From Octopus sinensis (Eukaryota): a stretch of 64,000 nt of DNA. Both the position numbers and the translations under genes were made by a program. This document shows, piece by piece, positions 28,463-42,060 of the stretch. The stretch spans positions 201,996,001 through 202,060,000 of the forward strand of contig NC_042998.1 in assembly GCF_006345805.1 (NCBI RefSeq). Direction: 5' to 3'. The notes beneath the pieces are model-generated. The model saw nothing but the letters and a program-made list of their open reading frames with translations. It was not told the DNA's origin and searched no databases. Every line of letters starts with the position of its first letter. Position 1 is the first letter of the stretch.

Positions 28463-28630
28463 GGCGAGCTGGCAGAATCGTTAGCACGCCGGGTGAAATG
28501 CTTATCGGCATTTCGTCTGCAGCTACGTTCTGAGTTCAAATTCCGCCGAGGTTGACTTTGCCTTTCATCCTTTCGGTGTCGATAAACGAAGTAGCAGTTT
28601 GGTACTGGTGTCGATTTAATCGACTGGCCC
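28463..28630 (+). mobile_element. SINE family B
   Basis: GGCGAGCTGGCAGAATCGTTAGC, B box GAGTTCAAATTCC, and GCCTTTCATCCTTTCGG. Confidence 0.88.
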
Positions 28631-29145
28631 CATGTATGTATGTACGAATGTTTGTAGGTATTACGTATGTGAACGGGTGTACATGAATACAATTCTGCCC
28701 GCAGTCATATCTGCATGAATAGAGAATGTTTATTATTAATAACAATGTAAATATATGTATTGTAATTATATGAATGAAAGCTATGATACAATCGTTGCTG
28801 GGAATTGGATGAATGTAGAGGTTGAGAATTAACTTTTGTTTTTACTTTCTTGATAGTTTGCACTTTTCTTGTCTCTGGTTATATCTTTTATCTGAGATCC
28901 CCACCCTTGACCATTCGATGCTGCATTCCTGTTTCTATGCTGTTATTTCTGCTGCTGCTCCCAGTTTATTGTTTGGTACCTTTTTAATGATGTGTTTCTT
29001 CTGAAGTTTGCCAACCGATATCATTTCATTTCTTTTGTTTAGCAATGATTTCATTTTAATGAGCTGCCTACGTGTAAACAGCATGAAGCTTTACTGTTGT
29101 ATTTACAGAACGTGTTTATGAACTTTAGCCGACAGGGTATATATA

Positions 29146-29375
29146 AAGTTAGATAAACTTAGATATGTTTCGACCAAAGATTGGCCCAGGCCATGTCTAA
29201 CTTAATAGCACCACCTGATAGGATTATTCGAATCCTGTTTAAGTCAAGTTTTGTTCAACTAGTGAGTTCTTGTTGGGTGAGTTGTATCCAATAATGGGTG
29301 GCTTATCTGGTATTCTTTGAAGGAATCTATCCAGACTCTGTTTAAAGTTCATGGATAAGTATGAGCATCTTTTAG
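29146..29375 (-). mobile_element. LINE subfamily alpha, 3' fragment
   Basis: FKQSLDRFLQRIPDKPPIIGY..NKNSL followed by the alpha tail. Confidence 0.85.
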
Positions 29376-30303
29376 TTATTAGAAATAATTTTATGCCCAC
29401 AAAGACATTGCTTACATCAGTATATGTGTGTAATATTGATTAAAATCAATAAACTCGAACAGTATAGTATCAGATCGACCTAAAATTCTGTGTGTATATC
29501 CTTTTTTTTAATTTACAGTTGGATTTATTAATCGAATTATTTGCCAAGTGTGCGTTATTATGCAAATCGGTCGATCCACTTGAATTAATACATTACAAAT
29601 AGTGTGTTCCAAGCAGTACATCCAAGGCAGACACAAGCGCATCTGATCTTTTTGTGATCTGTTCATAAATATATTTTACAAAGTAAAGCTGTTAACATCT
29701 ATGTCAGCATAGTATACCCTAAAAGTGTATATATTTCCCTTTACAATACATTATAGTATTGTAATCATATGAAATTTGTGCGCTCTGCATATTATGCAAG
29801 TCTCTGAATATTTATACAAGAAGTATCGGCATCTATTATTGACAACTTTATGCTAAAATGTTCCTTTCCTTCAAGTTCCAAATATACTTTGACATAGAAA
29901 TTATTTCTCTCGAATTTTATGAGTGATTTCAAATGTTTTGGTCATCTGACTTCGAATATTTCTTGTTTTAATAATACTTTGTAGTACTTGCATGGCTTTC
30001 TCTTCTAATATTGGTACAATGAAAATTGCATTTTTATAGCAGAAACTCAAGCTGAACATGCACAAACGCACACTACTAAATTTACGATGTCATGAAGTAT
30101 TTATTTATGTAGGAGTTACTCTTCCTTAACTTAAACAATACGATGTAAAAGCAATATGGGGATAACAGAAAGTCAATTGAAAGACGACTACTGTAATCAT
30201 AATCCATCCTTACACACACCAAAACCTGAAGAACAGCAATTAGGAAACTACTTCCAGGATCGAATAAATGCAAACGTGGAACGCCTAGAAAAAAAGATGC
30301 AAT

Positions 30304-30695
30304 ATAGGTGTAGAAGTGGTTGTGTGGTAAGTAGCTTGCTTACCAACCACATGGTTCTGGTTTCAGTCCCACTGCGTGGCACCTTGGGCAAGTATCTTCT
30401 ACTATAGCTTCGGGCCGACCAAAACCTTGTGAGTGGATTTGATAGACGGAAGCTGAAAGAAGCCCGTCGTATATATGTATGTGTATGTGTATATGTTTGT
30501 GTGTCTGTGTTTGTCCCCCCAACATCGCTTGACAACCGATGCTGGTGTGTTTACGTCCCCGTAACTTAGCGGTTCGGCAAAAGTGGCCGACAGAATAAGT
30601 ACTAGGCTTACATAGAATAAGTCCTGGGGTCGATTTGCTCGATTAAAGCGGTGCTCCAGCATGGCCACAGTCAAATGAAAGGGATACTGAAAAGA
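30304..30695 (+). mobile_element. SINE family A
   Basis: Full head, CORE-like centre and tail, as at 6516-6922. Confidence 0.9.
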
Positions 30696-31306
30696 GATTC
30701 TTTTGAAAGGATACAAATATATTCGTCCATTAAATTATCTAAATTTTTATTCGACTTATTATCGCTTGAATTCTGAAATTCCAAGTCACTACTTGGTTAA
30801 ATAATTCAACTTTAAATCTGTTGACTTAACAACTCTGTTACCTCATGCAACTTGTTTTTAAACTATGGAAATTACGTCAACACAAGATTAAAATTTGCGC
30901 ACATCGCAATGTCTAGTTAACATTATTAATTAACTCTAATAATGTTATGCTACTTTTTGCTAACAGCAATTAAGTATCATTCCTGATTCTAAATTCTATT
31001 TTCTTAACTTCTGAAATGAAATTTTTCTATTAAATAGGTGTTATTTTGCACCGATACACATATATTCACTACTATAATTACAGAAAAAAAAAGCAGTGTG
31101 TTGTACATAAAATTCATATTCGTGCAGATGAATGGAGGCATGATATATAAGCCTGTCCTTACAACAGTATATGGCTAAATATGCAAAATCAGAGATAGCA
31201 CAGATTTTTATACTTCGTTTGGAATCAGACCAAAGATTTCATAACCTACATCGGAACTATAACAATATGTGTAAATGTGTGCGTGTGAATGTCTGAGCAT
31301 GTGAAT

Positions 31307-31374
<68 letters not shown>

Positions 31375-31378
<4 letters not shown>

Positions 31379-31575
31379 CGGGAAGTTTTACGAAAATAAA
31401 CAAAAGACGAAGGCAGGTGGAGTACAAACAAACAAATGTGTTAGTATGGCCGCTTAGGAATAGAAATAGAACAAGTCCTTTAGGTTACGAGCCTACGCTC
31501 TTCGACAGAAAGATACACAGAAAAAAACAAGGAGAGAACTATCTCCATGATAGGTAACGATCTATCATGGCGTCC
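31375..31575 (-). mobile_element. Short PLE-type terminus, family F4, with a small 5' hairpin
   Basis: The minus strand reads CTTT-CTGTCGA-A-GAGC-GTAG-GCTC-GTAACCT-A-AAGG. A hairpin CCATGATAG/CTATCATGG lies at ~31543-31568. Confidence 0.55.
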
Positions 31576-31580
31576 TATAT

Positions 31581-31651
<71 letters not shown>

Positions 31652-31663
31652 TATATATATATG

Positions 31664-31696
<33 letters not shown>

Positions 31697-32819
31697 ATAT
31701 ATATATGTATATATGTATGTGTGTGTATGTTTGTATACATCAGCTGATGTACCCGGTAAATCCCGAGGATAAAGATGTTCTATTGAAACGCCTTATTACC
31801 CTGATGTAAGAAAGCAATTTCGTTATAACAGCCACGAAAAAAAATGTATTTTCCGTCGCGGAAAAGTACAAAAACTGTCAGCTGGAGGAGATGGAGATTA
31901 TTGGATGTTGGCGAGAGAGGTTTTCGGAGGTTGGCGAGAAAGTAATCTGACTGTTCATGGCATTTTAAAGGTAAATGGATATGTAGGTGAACAGATTGAC
32001 ACACAAGTAGATAGATAGGTACATAGGTAATACGGACAGACAAGTAGGCAACCTCCCACAAACACACACAGAACAAATCTGAAACACATGACGCAAACAC
32101 ATACACATAGACACTCTCGATCACGCACATACAAGGAGACAGAGATACACACACACACACACAAATATACAGACACATATAAGCAAACACACAGACATAC
32201 ACAAACACGTGAATATGCAGAATACATACATACAGATAGACATACATATATGCATAGACAAGAACACCAGCACATTGATGCACACACATGCGCACAAACA
32301 GACAAAAAGAACGCAGCTACAATAACCGACGGAATCAACATCCGTTGGAGGAGATGGAGATTATTGGATGTTGGCGAGAAAGTAATCTGACTGTTCATGG
32401 CATTTTAAAGGTAGGGAAAGCGACGAAAATTTTCGAAGAAAAAATATAAATAATAAACGAGTGTAAATTAAACTGTTGCGTGTGTTAGATAATAAGGACT
32501 TAAGGCACAATGTGTGTTTGAGTGTGTGTCTATATGCGTATGTGTGTGTGTGTATTGCTATAAATTAAGGGATTACTCCAAAAACATTACCGGCTTGCTC
32601 TCCATTAGTTATTCAAAATATGTTATTCAACATTTAACATATAAATCAGTAAAGTTCTTATAAGATACGAAATTCGAGAAATATTCCATTGGGTAAATCT
32701 GAATATATTTCATTAACAATATAGGTTTACTGCTGTAGAAAAATTGACAATAAGAAAAATTAGGATTAATTCGAAATAGCAATAGCATTACCTTTAATTC
32801 GATAATTATATACCGCCTT

Positions 32820-32908
32820 TTAAGACCAACACGTTTCGATTGCACCGATTAGTAATCGTTACAATTGCAACTCTACTAGAAGACGGTGCAGGTTCTGCAG
32901 TGTCTTAA
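32820..32908 (-). ncRNA. Degenerate type I HHR downstream of a Naiad-type GIY-YIG
   Basis: The minus strand reads TTAAGACA-CTGCAGA-acc TGCACCG...CGGTGCA atc-GAA-ACGTGT-T-GGTCTTAA. It has a perfect 7-bp stem I and a 7-bp stem II. The core has A6->C. Confidence 0.55.
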
Positions 32909-33049
32909 CTTGATATCCCTCGGTATGGCCGCTTAATGATATTCTTTTATAAACACTGCGCCGTATAACTGAGAGCTTTCCGTTAAGTCAGACCACAAAA
33001 TACTCTCTAATTCAAGTTCTTATTGGATAATCATTTCAAAACCTTGTAT

Positions 33050-33700
33050 AGTTTATATCATAATTTTTCACGCATGCTTCACAAATATGAATTTATTTAT
33101 GCGCAACCATCTTAATGCTTACTCTTTTCTAGAATTTATTACCTTAACCTTGGATATGAAACTCCTGGAAAATTCTTCTAAACATAAATCACATTTATTG
33201 GTTCCAGTTTTGTATGGTTTTTCAATACAACTTAATTCCCATTTAATCGTATAGTCCTTGTCACTGTTCTTAAAAAACCAGATTAATTTGCTAAGATTCC
33301 TTTCGAACTTTTTATTTTTGTCATTAAATGATCTGAAAGGATTTGCCAGTCTCCCCTTGAAAATGAATGTTTTCCCACCGAAGTAAAATATTTCCTTACC
33401 CTCAGATGTAACTATATATCTATATATTGCATTTTTAGTTTTACTCTTACTTCCTACATAACAGGTTTCCCATTTAGGACAATTACAAAGATAGCCTTTA
33501 TATTTCCCTCAGATTTAGTTTCAATTTGATAATTCATTGTAGAATTAAAATTAATTCCCAACAAGTTCCTTATTACTATTTACTCCTTTAGATAACGTTA
33601 TGCTTCTTCTATTCCTCGATGAATTTTTATTCGAGTTGACGTCATTTCTTACGTTAACTTGAATTATTTCCCTTTGCATTACATTTAATTTGTTAGCGTT
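33050..33700 (-). mobile_element. Penelope-like element, second Naiad-type family, GIY-YIG C-terminus
   Basis: Reads LCNCPKWETC..NAIYRYIVTS..FYFGG..FKGRLAN..SF..LSKLIWFFK..YTIKWEL..PYKTGTNKCDLCLEE..NSRKE. Confidence 0.8.
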
Positions 33701-34059
33701 CCCTATTATTTGCGTTACTTTATCCCATTTGACGTTATTATGCTTCGAATTTATTACGCTATTCTGATCATAATCGCTTTTTTGAAATTTCGATATTATT
33801 GTAATATTATGCGATGCTATAAATCGTGCAATATTATGGCTAAGACAATAGCCCGATGTAATCTTATGCCTATTAAAAATCTCGTTATGGTTGTTGTTTC
33901 TTGGAAATATTTTTGAATTGCTATATTAAACAATTATGTGTGTGCGTATGTTTATATATGCTATAAATGTGTATATGTTAAATGTATATATTGTATATAT
34001 AGCAATATTCAAAAATGATGTGTGTATATATATATCATTAAGATCGTGGAAAAACCAAG

Positions 34060-34445
34060 GAGCTCCATCATATCACAATTATGTAGGAGGTACATGCACC
34101 AATGAGAACGGCATTGTAAGATTAACATTGGAATTATCTGTAGAACTAGGAATGTAGTCTACAGTATAAGGTGCATACAGAGTGCTTGTAAAGACAAGAA
34201 TATAACATGCATTGGTGAGATATCTAGAAGCATTGCGGAGAGACTAAATGAATATATGAGACAATATGACTACATAGGACAGTCCTCCATACTCTACCAA
34301 TATGCCAGAGACCAACACAGAAGCATACCGGATCGGCTTGACATCCGAATTTTATCCAAGCATCCGAAAGACTCAACGCTCAGACAAATACATGAGTAAG
34401 TCCTCATAAATGAAACATCCCCAGTACTAAATAGGAGATATACGT
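34060..34445 (+). mobile_element. Penelope-like element, GIY-YIG endonuclease remnant (non-Naiad type)
   Basis: Reads CRTRNVVYSIRCIQSAC..TCIGEISRSIAERLNEY..SILYQY..H..IRILSK..TLRQIHE*VLI..PVLN. Confidence 0.75.
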
Positions 34446-35360
34446 AGAAGGTAGTGATACCCCAATAGCCACAGTTTAGACATACACAGGTAGATTTGTT
34501 AGGAGGCTGTTACGTAGACGTTTATATAGAATGTAGGTAAATGGATATGTAAGTAAACAGATAGATAGGTACATAGATATTATGAACAGACACACACACA
34601 CACACACATACGCATACAAAAAAGACACATATCCATATATAACAGACGCACGTATATAGTCACACAAACCCATAGTCATAGTCACACTCAGGCATGGACA
34701 CGAGAAGACAGACGTACACACAAAAATAAACACACACACACACAAACATACACACATGCATACACACACTCACACACACACACATATATATATATGAAGA
34801 TTGACTGTAACCATAACTCGAATTATTACGAATTGTACAGCCATGAAACGATCGTAGTGTTTTACTTTTTATCTTTTATTAAACTTTTAATACTTTTGAT
34901 ATATATTTAAAATAATATAAATTAATTAATTTTATGTATTGGCTTATGTTTTTCATTGTTTGATTTGCCTAATAGTGTTTTTATTTCTAATTTAATATAA
35001 CATAATATAATATATTTTACTATAAAATTGGATTTAATCCTAAATCTCATTTTTCCCTGTAAGTTTGGATTTATTCCCTAATATTTTATTATTAATATAT
35101 ATATATATATATATATATGCATACAGACATGCATACATACATATATACATATGCTTATACACAGATACACTGAAGCACACACATGCGCACGAACAAACAA
35201 AGAAAAAGAACGCATCTCCGATAACGACTATTGAAGAGGTTGCAAGAAGTGAGGAAAAGTTAAGAGAAAAGAACTAAATGAGTGCAATGAGTCTCCCCTG
35301 ACACTAGAAAATATGTTTCAACATACGAATTCGCATAAAGAATCATGCAAACCAAATATA

Positions 35361-35419
<59 letters not shown>

Positions 35420-35422
<3 letters not shown>

Positions 35423-36635
35423 TCTTTATTAGCCACACAGGGCTGAAAACATACGGGACAGATTACAAAGTAGAGCTTTTAAAAAGTAGGGTAGGGTTTC
35501 GATCAAAAGGGACCGTAAAAGGGAAAGAAAAAAAACGATCAAAAATGATCGTGTATCACAGAAATGTCATGATCTAAAGTGTAAAGGGGGGAAGCAGATA
35601 AGGTTTATCCGTGTAAAGATAAGCCTACGAAAAAGACCACGGTAACCTCGGACAATAATGTCACATGTTAACACATTTGTTTGCAAGTACGTAAACCTCT
35701 GCTTTAAATTTTTCCGGGTTCCTAGGATTATGCTCAAGGTGCCTTCGTCATTCATACGTGCCATCCTTGTTACATTCACCCATCTTTTTTTGACATATAC
35801 ACTAGACAAAACTTGCCTCTCTACTCTCACTTTCCTTTTCAAGTGATACTTGAAGAAGTTGATGAGAGATTGACCAGAGAGGAAAGTGTTTGTCTCCAAT
35901 CCTTTCAGACGCTTCCACTAGATACATTCCTTTGCTATTGCCACAAGAATGATGAAAATAGCTCTTCCTTCCCGTTTGAAGGAAGGAGGTGTGACAATAT
36001 TGACGATAGACTCGGCTGATAAACCGACTCGTCCCACACGTGACAGCAGTCGTTCGACATAAGCCCACAGGTTGGAAATTGTTGGACACTGCACGAGTGC
36101 GTGCAGAACGGTTTCGTCGCTCTGACCACATCTCGGATAGGTCGGCCCCGTGTTTCTCGAGCCGTGTCTGTAGAGCTTATCCCGAACGGGTAGCAATTGT
36201 CGGTAGCACTGCCAGGCCAGGGATCTCTGGAAGTTGTCCATGAGTCCTGGCCCGAATGTCGTCCTGAACGGGCGGGTCAGGTATTCGACCTCCAGGTTCG
36301 TCCCGAGCTCGTCGTTGTACCTCGTACCTCCACCTCCACTAATCCCCTATAGAATGCTTTGGTTGTGTTGAAGTCACTGAAGGTCGACCCGGGACGGCAG
36401 AGTTGCTTGAGAGCAACGCGACACTCGCGGTGCCATTCACCCTTCCTCGGCCTCTTTTTGATCCAAGACTGCAGTTCGGTCATGGAGACTAGTTGCGGGA
36501 GAGCGTGCCTCACAAACAGCGACCGCATCTGTTCACCGTCGTCTACGTAGAGCCGGAGATGTCGCAGTCTCAGCACGTGTCTGTGCATCATCAACCACGG
36601 CATGCCCAGTCCTCCATTTATCGGGTGTTGATAGC

Positions 36636-36638
<3 letters not shown>
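35420..36638 (-). mobile_element. Tx1/L1-clade LINE copy 3 (5'-truncated)
   Basis: Same ORF2 C-terminus and 3' UTR ending AATAAAGAAAC. The 3' flank is (AT)n and the 5' flank is (TATC)n. Confidence 0.92.
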
Positions 36639-36839
<201 letters not shown>

Positions 36840-37550
36840 CGAATTGCTTCAGTGTATCTTCTGAAAAATTGCACGGGGACTTCTTCAGAGATAATGAGTC
36901 TTTAGAATAATTCTGCTGTTACGGAAAGCATCCTAGTAACACCCATAGCCACCACCCTTCAAGAAAGTCGGTAAGAAGTTGCTTTTACTCTCCATATGAC
37001 AAGTCAACACGCTGAGATGTTATTGTTTACTAGGGACTATTACCTAACCAGTATATGGTATGTAAACTATATGGTTTGTAAACAGTATATACAAACTATA
37101 TACTGTTTGTATATTGTTTACAAACAGTATATGGTTTGTAAACTATACTATATTCATGTAGAGATTTGGTAGTTAAACAACCGGTATATGCTTATATTTA
37201 TATGCAGCCACTATAATGCTTATGTAAATACTCAGTAGTTATGTAACCGATATATGAGTAGTACCTATTTATCTGGTTGTGCAACTAGTGCGTAGTTAAG
37301 TAAACTACTAAGTTATAAATCGAGACAGTAGTAAAACTAAAGTAAAAATTTGAATAAGGATGAAACGAGAGCGTTCTTGGAATTTGTTTGTGTGCCGATA
37401 TGCTTTGAAATGTTTTCTAAATTGTTATTCCATTAGTGAGTATATAACTATCTCTATTGTATTCCTTCGATAGGCAAACTGATCGATATCATTTGTTATT
37501 ATAGTCAAAAGACATTTACTCACTTTCCCCTTCCCACATCCCACTTTCTT

Positions 37551-37581
<31 letters not shown>

Positions 37582-38124
37582 TTATCTTTTATCTCATTCT
37601 CACTTTTTTTTGTTTTCACCACTCTTCTCATAATCCTTCTCTCTCTCTCTCTATGTTTTTTTTTATCTCTCTCTATCTCTATGTCTACGTGCTGTTTACA
37701 CGCGGGGATTCTTCGTCTCTTTGATGTCGTATAAAAAATAAAAAATAAAAAACAGAAAGGAAAGAAACCCTTCCTTTCCATCAAGCCTGCTTACCTCCCC
37801 CTGCACTAAATCTCCTTTGTTACGACCTTGACTCACTGTTTATTCCGATATCTTAATGTTCGACTCCAAACCTAATTTTCCTACATTTATTCATTTGACT
37901 TACCCATTTACTTATGAGGATGATGATGTTGACAGTAGTCGTGGAGATGATGGTGATGATGATACAGTGGCTACAATAAAGAAGATGTAAACGATAAGGA
38001 TGATGACGACTACAGTCATTTGTTTAGACTGCTCCATTTACGATCATTTTTTTTTGTTGATGATGATGTTGTTGGTATCATTAATATCAACATCGCCTTT
38101 CTGTTCTGTATCATCTCTATCCAC

Positions 38125-38414
38125 TATCATCATCATCATCATCATCATCATCATCGTCATCATCATCATCACCATCATCATCATCACCATCATCATCATC
38201 ACCATCATGATGATGATGATGATCATCATCATCATCATTATCATCACCACCATCATCATCACCATCATCATCATCATCATCATCGTCATCATCATCATCA
38301 CCATCATCATCATCACCATCATCATGATCACGATCATCATGATGATGATGATCATCATCATCATCATCATCATCACCACCATCATCATCACCATCATCAT
38401 CATCATCATCGTCG

Positions 38415-38450
<36 letters not shown>

Positions 38451-38452
38451 CC

Positions 38453-38486
<34 letters not shown>

Positions 38487-38499
38487 TCGTCATCATCAC

Positions 38500-38553
<54 letters not shown>

Positions 38554-39310
38554 TATCATCATCATCATCACCGTCATCATGATTATAGGTGTCAACGTCA
38601 AGCACGTCCAATACCTAGCCCGCTTGAGAAACACCGCGTGCTCACTCCATATGCTAGAAATGGGAGCCACATCGCCCCCAAGTCCACAATCTCTGGATAC
38701 TTTTTAATAATTGAATTTGTGGGGAAATCGATGGTAGCGCTTGAAGTGCATTTAATTACGTGTCCGATCCACCGAGAATGACCAAGGGCTAAATAAAAAC
38801 ATCATTACTTGCATTAACATAATTATATCGATCGTAACATCATTATTATCATAAAGATCACCGTCATCATCATCATCTCTTACGTCGTCATTATCGTCAA
38901 TGTGTATCGTCATCATAATCTCCATCATGATAATCATCATCATTAATTCCTCAGATGTCTGCATTCATCATCATCATCCTCGTCATCCCATCATACCCGT
39001 CGTCATCCACCAGTATCTCTGTTGTCTTTATCATCCTCATCGTCATCAGCATCATCATCATAGCCATCATCATGATCATGATGATGATGATGATCATCAT
39101 CATCATAATAATCGTCATCATCGTCATCAGCACCATCATAACCATCATCATGATCATGATGATGATCATCATCATAATAATCATCATCAGCAGCAGCAGC
39201 ATCATCGTCATAACCATCATCATGTTCATGATGATGATCATCATCATAATAATCGTCATCGTCGTCATCATCATTATCAGCAGCAACAGCAGCAGTAGCA
39301 ACAGCGGCAG
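38125..39310. repeat. Two imperfect (CAT)n/(GAT)n trinucleotide arrays (38125-38582 and ~38840-39310)
   Basis: Direct reading. These produce the poly-His, poly-Ile, poly-Met and poly-Asp ORFs. Confidence 0.95.
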
Positions 39311-40063
39311 CATCAACTCCTTAACAATAATCATCTTTCAATTCTATATTTGTCTCTTAAACTATTTACTTAGGCTACCCTGACAATGGGCGCTTAATTA
39401 AGTGGCTGAGATTTAAAAAAAAAAATAACGTCGTCTTATAATCTATAGCAACAGGAGAACAACAACTGTATCCACAACAACGCCAACATCCTACCGAAGA
39501 AACAACCGCGACGCTAACCCCGATGTAACAACCTCACCATTAGCAACATCAACTCTAACAGTAATAATTCCGACAATAACAACTGTAACGATAACAACGA
39601 TAACAAAATAAATAACAACAACAACATCAGTTACTGTCACATATGTAGCTTCTACATCAACAACTCTGATAAAAAAAAAATTATAACAAAATCAAAGCTG
39701 ATACAACATCAACTTCACTAACGATAACCGCATCAGTAAAATGAACAAAGAGATACAGTAACTCTAACATCAACATTAAGTACTGTAAAAGCGACGCTAA
39801 CATCAGGAACAGAGAGCAGTAAATGTAACGACAATAAAATAAGCTGTAGCAAGGAGAACAACAACATGAAGAGCATTTCAGCATTTCGCATAATAGCAAA
39901 TGGGATGTTGGTTTAAAGGGGAGAGAGAGAAAGCGACTTCCCGAAGTTAAATTTTAAGAATTTTTTTTTTATTTTAAATTATTACCTTGTATATGTTTAG
40001 TTGTTGAATCGATAATATATGCATATTTACAAAGGAATATTTCCAAGTATGTATGTATGTATG

Positions 40064-40091
<28 letters not shown>

Positions 40092-40094
<3 letters not shown>

Positions 40095-40320
40095 GTATGT
40101 AAAGTTAATCCAAACATGACAACACAAAGACAAAACACAACAACGCGAGCGAGGACGTGAAACAAGTATAGTCTTATTGGACGCTCAGGAAAGGAAAGAA
40201 AGAAGGAGGATTTAACGTTTCGAGCAGAGCTCTTCGTCAGAAATGTAGGAAGAGGAAAGATCAAAGGAAGGGAAGACGGCGGAAAAAATCGGCAACGATA
40301 CACACGCGGTCACATTTTAT
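40092..40320 (-). mobile_element. Short PLE-type terminus with a minimal HHR motif (family F3)
   Basis: The minus strand reads ATTT-CTGACGA-A-GAGC-TCT-GCTC-GAA-ACGT-T-AAAT at 40210-40244. Confidence 0.72.
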
Positions 40321-40879
40321 ATGTATGTACGTATGTATGCATGTATATATGTATGTATGTATGAACATGCGCTTTCGAGCATACATTCTTCACACGGGGT
40401 GGTTGGGGCACCATACTGATATTTAATATGTTGTTACAATATTAAGCGTTGTTAAGACTAGTATTTTTCCCGCTCTGAGTACGTTGTTAGGTAAATATTT
40501 ATACACACTCACACTCTCGGACACACATGCCCACATACGAGAGGATAGAGGTGTACGCGCTTGTGTGCGTATGTATATAAGTTCGTATGTATGCAAGTAT
40601 TTAAATATTCATTTCAGTAGTAGCTATAAAAAGGGCACCTAGCATAAATGATTTCTAATCGACACTCGTCATGCATACATACGTACTTATATACATATAT
40701 ACCATCAATTTTTGGCTCAATGCCGCCAATTTCGCGAAGGGTGTAATTCTATAACATCAATTTCCGTGCTCAGGTGGCACATTTTATTTACCACGAAAGT
40801 ATGAAAGGCAGAGTCGATGATAAGCGATGATGATGATAACATTATCATCAGGGTAGTAACAAAATTATAAGTAAAAGTT

Positions 40880-41185
40880 AGTGGAGAAAATTATGAAAAC
40901 AATAAAACAAAAAATATAAACTCGACTGCTCTCACAAGCTAGAATACTAAAAATGAACCTACCCGCTCACAAAAATGAAGTAAAGAAAAAAATAGGGAAA
41001 ATAATCTAGAATCCTTGTCCGGTACCGGATCGATCCCAAAATCAATCAGTAAGTGCTAGTCACGGGGCCAAACATTTCTGAAAGTTTCATCCGAATCCAT
41101 CCAGTGGTTCTTGAGATATCTTGTCCATAGACAAACAAATACACCGGACTGAACACCTCCGCCTTCGCTAAGCCGGCGGTAATAA
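40880..41185 (+). mobile_element. Probable Helentron-associated (HINE/DINE-1-like) non-autonomous element
   Basis: Internal palindrome TCCGGTACCGGA, text typical of such elements (GAAAGTTTCATCCGAATCCATCC..GAGATATC..GACAAACAAA), and a 3' GC hairpin remnant CTCCGCCTTCGCTAAGCCGGCGG before TAATAA. Confidence 0.45.
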
Positions 41186-41265
41186 TACTTGTGAATGAAA
41201 GAAAAACAAGAATGTGATTTAGATAGAGACAGGGAGAAGTTGATGATCAGTGCGCGTATAAATAA

Positions 41266-41643
41266 CTAGCAGTATCGCCCGGCGTTGCTCGGGTTTGTAA
41301 GGGAAATAACTATATAAGCATTTTTAGAGAGTTATAGCCAAAAAATAGCAAAAAATTCATTAAAAATAGAAAAAAAAGATGATGGTTATTTATTTTTAAA
41401 TCGTTCACTCATCGTAGACATTTTTAGAGAGTTACTTCCCTTATATAATAGCGAAAAAATGCATTAAAATTGAAAAAAAGATGGTAGACTCATCGTAGAC
41501 GCGCGTTAATACCCAGAAGAGCTCGATATGAATCACGACTATAAGATACCCGGTTTTGGTTACACTGCACCGCAAAATGTGGGAGTAGTTAGGAATCTAA
41601 ATCGTAGGAGACAGACACACAACTTGACTTTTATATATAAAGA
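41266..41643 (-). mobile_element. Non-autonomous Helitron
   Basis: A|TC start (TCTTTATATATAAA), subterminal hairpin CCCGAGCAACGCCGGG, and CTAG|T end. Confidence 0.85.
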
Positions 41644-42060
41644 TATGTTGGTACTGGAGAGTGTATGATAAAGGTTAAATTTGGGAAGGATTCTAAACAA
41701 TAACATACAATGGAATGCTGTAGGTTGACTCCTGAAGATAGTCTGTCCAGGCCATGTAACACGCTTTGTGAAGTGACTGCAGAATAGTTTTACTTCTCAT
41801 TTTTTTTTCCTTTTTCCTTCTCGTTGCCTGCTCGTATCAGTTACACTTCTTCTCCCTTTTCTCTTTCTCCACTCTTTTCATTTGTTAACCTATTAAAATA
41901 GGTTAACCCATTAAAATGGTCCACGTGTACCACCTGCCATGTAATTCATCACACTTGTATCAAGAGTGTACAATTAGAATGACAGTATGGTCTCCCATTT
42001 TCGTAAGTTGCTCATTATTTACTTGAGAATTATTTACAAAAGTGTCTTTTATTTATCTTG

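Noticed and set aside
38000-39383. Long poly-His, poly-Ile, poly-Met and poly-Asp ORFs
   Set aside because: These are translations of imperfect (CAT)n arrays that are open in several frames on both strands. There is no splice or domain support.
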